A stretch of 64,000 bases of DNA, from the NCBI GenBank assembly GCA_964482725.1, contig CAYZYT010000002.1, forward strand, positions 5,591 to 69,590. Direction: 5' to 3'. Both the position numbers and the translations under genes were made by a program. Positions 41,301 to 53,300 of the stretch are shown piece after piece. Every line of letters starts with the position of its first letter. Position 1 is the first letter of the stretch. Source of the DNA: an uncultured bacterium (GTDB lineage: Bacteria > Omnitrophota > Omnitrophia > Omnitrophales > Aquincolibacteriaceae). Under the pieces are notes generated by a model. The model was not told the origin of the DNA. It made no database searches and was given only the letters and a program-made list of their open reading frames with translations.

Positions 41301-44300
41301 GCACGGTGATCGGTGGCAGCGTCAGCATTCAAAATGCCATCAATTTTTCCAAAGACAGGTCCTGGACCGTTTTGCCTAACGGCACTTTGCTCACCACCCA
41401 GATCTCAACGGGGATCGTACTGTCTGCCACGAATGCAAAGGGAACCGCTTTGCCGATGACGCGAGTAACAACCACACGGAACGGTCTTGCGGAGGCCGGA
41501 ATCACGGGCGTTGCTCTTGATCAGAACGGCAAGAAGATCCCTGTCAATTTGACAGTTCCGGTGGGGAGTTGGGTTCTCAAGGACGGTACGACGACGCTGT
41601 TCCTCAACGGAGAACGGACCAGTATTTTTGGGATCATGAACGGTGTCCAGATCCAGCAGTGGATCACGGATCAATATGTTCTGCAGGGTGATGGAAGCGG
41701 ACTTGTGATTGCGGATCGTTTCTCTGGAAAGATCCTCGGTGGATGGGACATCCGCAAGGGGGATACCTTTGGACGGGCTTTAGAATGGAAAGCCGGGGAA
41801 GTCATGAACGCTGCGGCGAGGCAGGGGGCAGAACGTCAGGTGCAGGAAGAGGTCCAAACAGCCCTGGAGACTCCGGCGGAAGTGGCTCCTGTATCCGTGA
41901 TGGAACAGTTGGTCTTGGAGATCGTGGCACAATCGCTTGAGGGAACAGGTCTGACCTTAGGCGCCAACGGTGCTCTCGAAACCATCCCAGAGGGTTTTGT
42001 GGCGATCGATCAAACCCAGATCGTCAAGGCTCAGCCGGTCACCGCGGTGAATTATAAAAATCAGGCCGGAGTATCGCAGACTGCGAACTTGATGACCCCG
42101 TCCAAGGCGCTGGTAAGCGTCGGGGCGACGGAAGCGACGACTCTCCGGATCTTCATGGACGGTGAAAGCAAGATCGTAGGAACGACCGTGGGCGATGTGC
42201 GTTACGCCAGCTCGATCGTCTTTTTCAAAACTGTCGATGCGAATGGGAATGTGAACGGATTTGTTCAGAATCAAGGGACCGGCTGGATTGCGGTGATGAA
42301 TGCTTCGGGTATCCTTGTGGGCGGCTTGGATATCCGCGATCCGTACGCGCCGCAGGCGATGGTCTGGGAAACTAGCGCCATGAACCCGCTGGGGCAACGA
42401 CAATACACCATCACAGATAAGGGCGAAGCGAAAACACTGACGCTTGACCGGTCGACGCAGGCACTCGTCGGGCGAAATGCTGATAATCCGGAGGCGACTC
42501 TCCGCGTCTACGCGAACAGAAATGCAATGACCGGCTCGTATGAAATCGCCGGAGCGACGCTGGGCGGTCTCTCCGACGCAGCTCACATTATTTTCTTCCG
42601 CGCCGGTATTTATTTGCTTTCCGGAGATTCTGTGGCCGGGATTGCTTCCGATATTTTGACTGTCCAAAATACCTTAACGCAGGAGTTTCTGGGGTATTTG
42701 GGTGCAGACGGAGCTTTTGTCTCCGGTGCGGCGGCCGCGCTTTCAACTCCTGAAGCTCGTGCTGTGAATTCCCAAGCGGGTATCGGAAAAGGTTCGGTTG
42801 CTTACGATCATGTTTATCGGGTCAAGGGCGCGGACGAGAAATATCACGGTTATTTCTATCAAGGCATCAATCTTGTAGGAAAAACGGTAGCAAACAACCT
42901 CAAAGACGTCGGCCAGCTTGGAAGCAATAATGCGAAGCAGGGGCTTCTGACCGCATTCTATAAAGTGGGCGAAACTCTTTACACTCATAGCGCGAGCGCG
43001 CTCCAGAACGGCGATTACGGGGTTTATCTTGCGACCAATAAGGCGGGAAAACCTATCGGAATGATTGGCGTCAGCGGTGCGTTCTATGCGATAGAAACGT
43101 TGTCGTCTCCGACCGAGATCAATTTAAATACCCGCACCGGAAGCGTTGCGTCTCGGCAGGGTGAATTTCGTTTGCGGGCGGATGCCGGGGAAGGTGGAGA
43201 ATTTTATTACACCTACCTCGATCGGAATCAGGCAGAAATCGTCACGATGCGCATGAATGACAAGGCCGCCCTGTCGAGCATGACCCGGGAGGGTTTGATC
43301 GTGGCTGACGTTTTGAAACCGATCGAAGGCATGAGCTATATGGCGTATCAAATCGCCGGATTTACTTATGTCTTGAGTCCTAAATTGGCTGAGACTCGGG
43401 CTCTCGCGATCTTCGATCGCAGCGGCCGATTGACCTCTTATCTCAATGAGAATGGAACGCTGGGAAGTCAGTATCAGAAGGATCCTGCGGCCGCAGGCGA
43501 ATTGATGACGGTTGCCAGGATCAACGGTTTTGACCACGATCGCAGTTTTGGGGTGGTGCGCGCGGATGGCCAGATATTCCGCATCTATGTGAAGGGGAAC
43601 GACGCGGTACTGTTGGCCACGACGTGGGAGAAGCCCGACAGCGGGCGGTCGGTGGATCAAATGATGAGCGGCGCTCTTTCGGTCGCGAATCTCGATCAGG
43701 CAAGCACCAATATCCTGTTCGTTCAAACGGCGGATTATTTCTTCCGAGGCATTTCGCAGTCTTCCGCACGGAGTATTTTCCTGAGGACCGACCTGAGAAC
43801 CGGGGAGACAAACGGGATTCAGGGGGTGAATGGATTTGTGGCATTCCCCGTGACCCATGTAGCTTTGCTGGATCCTTTGGGCGATGCCCAAAAGCCTTTT
43901 AAATTTTCGACATTTATGCAGGTTCAGGCCCGGGATCGGGCTGGGAAAGTTGTGGAAGCGGGTTTGTACTTGAACAACCAAAGGGAGGTCGTCGGATTGA
44001 TCTCTGCGGCTCAAGGAACCATGCTGGCCGCAAATATGCTGATGTCGACCCATGAGTTGATCCAGACCGTATTTTTTAAGATCGGCGGGATCACTTATTC
44101 CCCCTGGTTGCCTGGTATTTTGCAGACGAGGGACGCTTCCGGACAATTGGGCGCTTACGATATCAAGACCCGGGAATATGCCGTCGTGGAAGCTTATGAT
44201 CCCCAAAAACACGGAACTGCTTCGTTTACGCATCCTGGCGTTAAAAATCCGATCACGCTCAAAGCGGACACGGTCCTTTTCTTTAAAGGGAAAACGCTGG

Positions 44301-47300
44301 CTGAAAACCGGCTGATCTTCCTGAGTAACGGTAATTTTGTTGCTTTCCAGGTGGGGACGGTCCTCCAGACGCTTTATGACGGAAATTATCGCGTTCAACT
44401 GGAATCGGGTTCCTGGTACTCCATTGCGGAAAAACAAGGAACCGAATATGTTCCCATCGCGGGTTTGACCGCCGGGAAGGTCATGGTACCACTCTATGAA
44501 AAATCAACGACCGAGGCGGAAGCCTTGAGAGCGAGCCATGAACTTGGCGCCGGCCAATCGCTCAATCCAACGGCAAGAGACGGCTCGTCATTAGCTTCGG
44601 TCAAGAGTTACGGTCTCGCGCGTGCGTCTAAGGTTTTTGCCGACGCAACCGGGCGGACTGTAATCTTTTGCTCGAAAAATGAGTCCGGACGTTATGAAAC
44701 GATCGCTGTTTTTAACAATACTGAAAAACAGAGAAGCATTGGCTTTCTCAACACCGGCACCTACATCATCCAGCCGGTCCGGGGCGGTTTGTATGAATAT
44801 TACAGGGTGACCCCGGAGGGTTCGAGAGGGGCGTTGCTTGGCTATAGCCTGATCCAGGATCCGACCGTAACCGGGAGAATGGTCACGGATCCAAGGACGG
44901 TTGCCGGAATGGCGCGTGAGGCTTCCTTCACGACCACGGGGACCAAACGTACCTTGGACCTCAGAGGGGCAACCGCAGTACTTGTATTTGGAGATGCGAA
45001 GCCCGGAAAGAATCAAAACGAGAAAATATGCACTGTCTTTTTGGGGCCTGACGAAAGAGGCGTAACCGGTGTCATGGCGGTCTTTGATGGCCGCATGCCC
45101 GAGCTTACTAACCCGAATCGCGCGGGGGTCCTTGCCGCCCAGCTTCAATATGCTCATATTGGAAGCACCTTTTATACAAAGGCTTTAACTTCGACGGATG
45201 GTGTAGTGCTTTCAACCTACAATGCCGCCACCGGACGCACGGAATATTTTGGCGTGACGAGCGCAGGCATGGGCGTCGAGGCGACCCAGCTCAATGCGCC
45301 TGAAAACAGGTCTTTCTCGGATTTCCTGAACACGGAACTGGGACGGGTGTTTGCGGGCGAGGGGGTTCACACCAGCGCAACTGCGATGCTGATCCGTTTC
45401 GGGAAGACGGAAGCGGTATTGGATCCTGCCCGGACGGATAACGAACTGGTTTACTCTAATGTGTCTCGTGGGGAAAATTATCGAGTCGTGACCTATGTTT
45501 CTGACCGGGGATATGCGTATGCCGAAACCTACGAAAAGAAACCGATCCGGTGGGATGCTCCGAGTGGCGCCAGGAATGTAAACACGAACGTCCCGGACAT
45601 GCGATCGCCGAGTGTCCTGATCGATACACTGATCAGTGCCATCACGAGGGATCCTTCAGGAAAGATCGTGCAGGCGTGGATCTCGCAAACGCCGGGACAG
45701 TATTACGGGGCTGAACAGATCCGCGAATCGACACGGTACTCCGGAATTTCCTTCATTGAATATGCGAAGGACCAATGGGTCAGCCTGAGTCCGTGGGAAA
45801 CCGGTGTGAAGATCTATTCGGAAGGCACCAAGATCCACGAAGTATACAGCGGCAAATTCGTAGCGTTCGGGGAGGTTCAGATCAGGGAGATGACCGTCAC
45901 GTACGATCGCTTAAATCCCAATCGTCCTGAGGCCTACAAATTTGACATTGCGTGGAGTGTTGCTCATGACGTGGAATTCACTGTGAATGACTTGATGAAG
46001 ACCGGAATGGCTGCAACGATCAACTGCCAGCAATTCGGCGGGCCCAAAACGGAATTCGTTACGTTCTCGATCAATCGTGACGGAATGATCACAGGGCTTT
46101 CGCAAATGAACGACGAGGAGTTTTCAGATGCAGCCCTCACTTATGACTCGACCGGTGTTTTGAGCACGATCGACACTCATTCTTCGTTCAACCGCCTGGA
46201 AACAAAGTCTTTGGATTACTTCGACACCTACGGACAATTCGTCCGAAGCGAGGAGTATTTCACGAACAATATCACATGGACGGAACTTTCTTTAGGCCAG
46301 CAAGTGACCGCCATCGGTACCGGTGTTGCAGCCGTAGCTGCCGCAATTGCGGTAACGGCATTTACAGGGGGAACGGGCGTTGGGGTTTTTGGATTGGTAG
46401 GAGGATTAGGGTGGAGTGCGACAGCGGCTATTGCGGCTGGCGGTGTCACTGCTCTCGGGATCGGCGCGACGATGTATGTAAGCGGTCGCGTTGGCGGTGT
46501 TTATGGCTGGCAAGTGGGTGGACAAGCCGGAATAGCGGTGGGTGCTGTGATGGTCCTGATCGCTTCCGGCGGTATTGGCGGCACAGGCTGGGTCGCGTGG
46601 GCCGGCATGGGTGGCATGGCGTGTTATGTGACTCATTTTGGTTTGACTGAATTCATGGGCGTTGATAGGGACAATTTAGCCATGAAAGCTCTTGATCTTG
46701 CCGGCATGGTGGGCATCTGGACCGGGGTTGGCGCTGCTTTGTGGAAAGGCATGGTCGGGAAGGTCGGGGCAACGGCCATCGGTCGTTATCTGACGCGTAA
46801 TTTCAGCATAGAAGCCGGGGAACGTCTGGCGGTTGCCGAAGGCCGGAATGTCGCGGCAATGGGAGCTAATAAATTTACAAGATCGTTTAATTTGACAAGA
46901 CTGGCATTCGAAAAGAATTTCAAACCCGAAGTCCTCAACTTAAGTTTGCGTTTGTGGGACGCGACGCAATTAGTTTCAATAAAAGCAGCCTTGGCAAGTA
47001 TTCCGGTGGTTACGATGGATACCATTCTGGGAGGTGCGGTGATTGCGGTCATCGCGGCTTTCTCGATCCAGTTCCTTGCCGGTAACAATCTGACCATGGC
47101 GGAAAAAGGAGCGCTTGTCGGCGTTGCGACTGCTTTAGGGCTCGCACTCAGCTATGCCATTGCCCGAAATGTTAGTGCCTATGCTTTGGGACGCTGGACA
47201 ATGACCATGCAAAAAGCGCTTACGAAAGAAAGAAGTCTTGTTCCTTTCCGGACAATGAGAGATGCGGTTAAATCTTTCGCTCCAAGCGCAGTATTTAAAG

Positions 47301-50300
47301 GTTCTTCCTATGCGGGTTTTCAGGAGGTTTCGAATTGGGCGATTGGCGCTGGTATCGCAACGTTTGCCGTAGGCCAAATGATCGATTCGCAAGAGCTCAA
47401 GTTTGTTGGACTGGTCATCGGCGCCGGAGCTGCACTGCCGCGGATGTTCCTCTTTTTCTTTGGAAACCCAATTGCCCTTATGAACAATAAACCCTGGACA
47501 TTCAGCCAGGTCGCGGCCGGACTCGGCATGCTGTCGGGTTGGTCTGGTGTGATTGTCGCGTACGGGGGATGGAAGACTGGATCTGAAGATTATAAATCCT
47601 TGGGCAAGGCCCTGATCATGGCCGGATTTGCCATGCGGGCACTGGCCGGGGCGATCGGTGGGGCTACGGTTTTTGGACTTAAAGGTGAATTAGATCTCGG
47701 CCTGATGGCAGGATCCAAACTAAATGCGACATTCCTGCTCAAAGTTCCCGGGGAAACGGTACTCGACAGGCTTTGGGCTCAAGGAGTTAAAAGCATCTTA
47801 TTCTTCCGGTTCTTCGGTATCGCACAAGCGGCTTTTGGGATCGATCATATGGTGGATGCGATCGCGTCTTCTCTGGGGTACCAGACCCCGCTTCTCGCGG
47901 GCGATAAAAATGATCCTGATGGGTTGGCAAAAGCCGGCTATTGGAAGCACCTCGGCCAGGTTCTTGCCAAAGAGCTTGGCATTGGAAGAAACGTTTTTCA
48001 GCAGGGCGGCCTTCTGGATGTGGATCGTCTGGCCCATGACTTTATTCTCGGGTTCCTGATGCATCATGTCGGGATCACGTACCGTGGAGGCACGGGCTTT
48101 CTTAAGACGTTGGGAGAGAAACAAGGCGTGGTTAAATTTGTGTGGAGTTCCTTGAATCCCGCATCCTTTGAGAGAAGGTTGGCGGCAGGACAATCTCAGT
48201 CGCTGGGTATGGCGGCATTCCATTTTGCGGACAACATGCTTATGTTCAATCTCGTAGTCGCGCCGCTCCAGGCTTGGGCAACCCTTTATGGAAAAGAAGC
48301 CGCAGCAGAAAGCTCTTACCGCCAGCAGATCCTCCAACTCGGAGAGATGCTTGGGGCTTATTTTATGATGCCGCTCTCCGCGGTTTTTGCCCTGACCGGA
48401 AATACAGCAGATGAAAAAAAGTTCGTGGGCGATCTCAACTCCTTTGGCATATTCCTTGTCCCTCAGCACGGAGGCCGGTTCGCGTTGGATTACTTTATGC
48501 AGGAATTACGCGGTGAATCCACCAAGCAAATGGGCGAAAGAATCGGCGGCGAAAGATTGAGTGAAGAGAAAAAAGCCAGCACGGAATGGCAAAGAGACCT
48601 CGGAACAAGCATCATGGCGGAACGCTTGAATGATCTGGCACGAACAAATCCTGAATACGCAAAACGCATTATGGTAGATCTGCAACAGGTCGGAACTTTG
48701 CAGAGCCTCGCTGATCGTGCCAATGAAGCGCCTCTTGGAGTCAACGAAGCGGTCCGTCTGCTCGCTTCCGGTGATCTTGGCAAGAGCGTGGATCTTATGT
48801 TCAATTCCAAAGCGTTAGGGATCTTCGTCCAGGATCTTGGCGCAGAGCTTTATCGATCCGTTGTCTCCCGGGAGGTTGAGGGCGGTTTGAAAGACACGTC
48901 GGCGGATCAGGCTACTAAAAATATGAGAGTCGCGATCCTGAACGGGGCCAAGGACGGAAGAAAGATCTCGGAAGTTTGGAAAGACCCCGATGTCGGGGGA
49001 GAACTGGCGATGCCCGAAGCCTGGAGATCAGCGGCCGATCTTGTGATCACTGCAAGTCTTCGACCGATCGTGGCCTCCCGGTTATGGGAATTGCAATCAA
49101 AAATGGCTGAAGGCCTATTCAAAGAACTTGGGATATTCAAAACGAACGCTCTGAGCGGTCGTACGGATGCGACCTTTACCTATGACGGTTACAGACTTTC
49201 GAATGAAGGCGTCAAAGCCCTGTCCATCGCGGCGGGCGGGAATAAGGATTATGTCGGTTATGCCAGAGACTACATCCAGCGCAGTACGTTGGCGGGGATG
49301 AAGGATCGAGCCCTTGCCGAAGCCTATGAGAAGGGTGGTTTTGATATCCTTACGTCCGATCAAAAAATGCTATTCCTTACCGAGTACTCCACGGCGCTCA
49401 AGGATCTCTTCAGACCTCTCACGGAAAGTGAGCTGGGCCCCGGATTCCTAAAAGCGATCCTGGGCGTTTATGTAACCGAAGTCCTCACAAGGGCTTCGGA
49501 TATTATGACCGAAGGATTACGAGACGGGAGCCTGAAAATCGAGGATGGCTTGATTCGCACCAAAGACGGCGCGGAAATAGACCTGTTTAAGAATATCAAA
49601 CTCCGGGAGGACCGACTTGCTACGACCGGAAAAGACGGAACGTCCGAAGAGCAAAGACTGATCCGTGCGATGCTCGCCGGCAATGAATTGCAGAACAGGA
49701 TGATCACCGAATTCACGAAAAAGATCTCGGACCAATACCAGGCGGTTTTGATGGCGAAAGATGATGTCTCTCTGGCTGCTGCCTTGACAGCGCTTTTCGG
49801 ATCCGCGGAAAATGTGACCGAGATCTGGGGCATGCTCAATGGGCTTCGGGCCCGCTTTGAGGCGCTGGGCCTCGGGGAGATCTTCAGGAGCGAGGCGGGA
49901 GATTTCCTGGCATCCCAGATGTTGGGTCAGATCAACGAAGGCAAGAATGTTTTTAGTCCGAAAGCTTTGTATGCCAAGACCGGGGAGGGCGATGCAGCCA
50001 AAGTCACCGGGATCCTTGCGAACTACAAACGGCTTGCAGAGAATGTCGACAATGCCAAGAACAGGGATCTTTATAAACTAACGGAAGACGTTGATCCCAT
50101 GGTGAAGCTATTGATCGATGGAGCGTTTGATCAGATCGGCCCCATGATCATCGCGGAACTGAATCGGATCAGATCAGGAGGCATGCTTAGTTTTAAAGAG
50201 AGAGAATCTTTTAACGGTATCTCGGAAGGAATTGTTAACGAAAATGGCGAAGTGATACAGACGAACAACATTTTCATGGTTTGGAAGAACAGCCTCAAGA

Positions 50301-53300
50301 CGGGGTTGGCAGATCGGCCGGCGGTTCAACTGCTGGAGGCTGTCGTGGCGAAACTCCGGGCGGATGGCAAAACTGAAAGAGCGGCGGAGCTTGAGGCGAA
50401 AAGAGAGGAATACGAGTCCAAGGATCAGACCGCTCAAAGGACCGACCTAAGGGCTTCTCTTATTACTGAACTGGCCAAGCTTTATTTTGGAAAATTCCTT
50501 GATTTTGCCAAGACGATGGTCGCGAACGGCCCGAATGGCGGGCGTTTATTTGCCGAGACTTTTGCGGACAAATCCCTCCGTTTCGACCTGATGGATCCTC
50601 TGAGCGCTCTTTCCGCCGGGGATTCGGTCCGGTCGAATCTCGAGCTTTTGGCTTTCGCGAACGCAATGTGGGAAGCGAAGGGGTGGTGCGTCACAATCGA
50701 ACAGATCGACAGTTTCATGAAAGCCAAGACCGGCCATATCAACGCCGCGATGGGCGCCGGAAAAACGCTGGTCGGCGTTGCCCTGATCTCTTCGGAAAAT
50801 ATCGGGATCGTCCTTGTCCCGAATTCTGCGCTGGCGCGGAATATGATGAACGGTCAAGACTTTCTCTCAGTCATGTCAGGCGGCACCAAGAGCTTTGTGG
50901 ATGGGATCGCTCTTATCGAGCAGATCCGGAGCACGGATATGGCGGTTTCAAAAGCGGCGCTTGAAACATTCCTTGGGTATCTGGAAGCCAAGGACAAAAC
51001 GGCGATTCTTGTGACAGACCGGGACTCTTTTGGCCATTTGAAGAATTATCTTCATACCAATTCTCATCGCTATGGAGAGCTGCGCAAGGAATACAATTCC
51101 GTCTATGAGCGGTTTGAAAGAGCCTATGAAGCGAATAAGAAGCTCATGGATGAGATCCATCAGTGCGCCAACCCGATGTATTTTATCATTGGCGGCGATC
51201 CCATCAAGGCCGGCGAATCAATGCCGAATTATCGGCTGTTAAAGACCATTGCGGATGTGCTGGGAGGTGTGGGAGAGGACGGGAGACCCGATGTAACACA
51301 ATCCCTGATGCGATACGAAGGGGATAAGGATTACGATCCGGCAAGGCACATCCTTGTTCTTGAAGAAAATTCAGCGAACACCCGAATGCTCCGGGAGCCC
51401 GGATGGAAGAACCGTGCGGTTGTGCTTGTTCGAAACAAGGAATTTGTGGCCTGGTCCAATTATGATGCGATCAAGAAGGTTCTGAGGAGTGACCCACGGA
51501 TCATGGCGGAATGGGATGCTGTCGCCGGAAAAGCGACACCGCTTTATTCCTCGGAACTTGCTTCGATCTTGAGAGCGTTGGTGATCCGGTCTTCCGATTT
51601 CAGCGCCATTCTCACAATCCTTGGCAATCAACTCGGCGTTGACGGCGGACAATACCGGCCGCGCAGTTTTGAAGGCAAGCTCGAGACAAACCAGATCATC
51701 GAGGATACGGCCTGGTTGATCGGCGTACGGAGTCTCGCAAACAGTGCGCTGCATGTAAAGGAAATCGGCGGAAAGAGATTGACGGATGAACAGCGGACGG
51801 AGTTAAAAGAAGTTGTTCGAAGTCTCTATCTCCGGAACCGGAGAGCCGACGAGATCCGGAACGGCGAATCCCGAGATGCCGAGTATCACCTCGAAGTGAC
51901 TAAAACCGTCACGGCAGTCAGTATGTATGACCTTTTTGCCGGAGAACGCAGTTTTGGTATGTCCGGGACCTTGCTGGAGGTCCAGATCCCGATCGAAGTC
52001 CTGAGCGGCCGCAAGACAGGCGTAGTGACAACGGAGGGGGAAACGCTTTCCTATCTGACCGAAATGTACGCCTCCTCGAAACACGGCATGAATCAGCGGC
52101 ATAGCTTTAAGGTTTATGACCAGTTCGGAGGAACGTCGCGTGTCGATCTTGCGCTGGCCCATTATTCCGGAGAGCGAGCGCCGGGAATGGAAAACCTTGC
52201 GATTAAATTCACCAAAGGCGCTTCCACGCTTGTTGGATATGGCAATGACGGTTCCATGATGACCGATTACAAAAAAATTATGGAGCGAGGGTTTGTTGAC
52301 GGCTTAACTCATTCTGCCATTCGCGATTTGTTGCAGGTGAAGAATAGCTATGATGCTAAAAAGAGTGCATTGGAACGAGCTTCTCCGGCGGAAAGAACCG
52401 CGTTGGAGGCAGAAGTTGATGCGCTGAAAAAAACTTTAGATTTAAAATCAGCGGAAGTTAAAAAGCTAAATATCGTTCTTAAGATCGACGGCCGGTTGGG
52501 AGATGAAGGCATCAACAGTGTTGACGGTGTGAAGAAAATCTTCAATGCTTTAAATGAGCTCAATGCCAAGGTTCTTTTGTTGACCAATTCGCGCGGTTTG
52601 ACGGGCGTGGACTACCAGGCCACAGCCAACTTCCTTCTTTTTGCGGGAAGCTTCACAAATGCCCAGCTTATGCAGGCGATCTGGCGTATCGGTCGTACGC
52701 GAATGGATGGAAACCGGTGGGAAAGTCATGCCGCGGTTTTTGTGGATGAGGCACGTTCCGAGGCCCTGCTCCAGAGTCTGAGGGTTCAGGATCCTGCCAA
52801 GGGAACTTATGCAAGTATTGATGCTTGGACGGATTATTTCCGGACCCGGTGGGCGGATGCGCGGACCCGGACCGGGCTTATCTTTGAAGGCTCGGACGGC
52901 AGACAGAACAGCATCTTTGAGGTTCTCGAGAAGGTCCGGGATGGCGAAAAACTTACAGCCGAAGAGACGCTTTACCTTTCCACCATGATCAACACGGCCG
53001 AGGCTTCGTCGAAGACCGCCAAGTCGCTTCTGGAACAATTGATCACGTTCCGCGTGATGATCGATCCGGTGAAGGCCGCTTATCACCGGGCGCTTGGACT
53101 TGGCGATCAGCAGGCGGCCGATCTGATCATGAAGTTCGGTGAACATTTGCATCGCCAGTTAAAGAGCGATGTCGGATTGGAATATTCTTCGGATTATACA
53201 AAGGGAGACGCTTACGTCCGTTCAGTCTTGCGTGAGCGTGCCGACACGATCGCCAATGAGCTTTCTATGTTCCTGGATGGCGTCGTAACGAAAAAAGGAA

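Noticed and set aside
50680-52750. Calling this region the housekeeping secA gene
   Set aside because: It is an internal, divergent domain (DEIH rather than DEVD/DEAD) of a giant protein, with no recognisable SecA wing/scaffold or zinc-binding tail.
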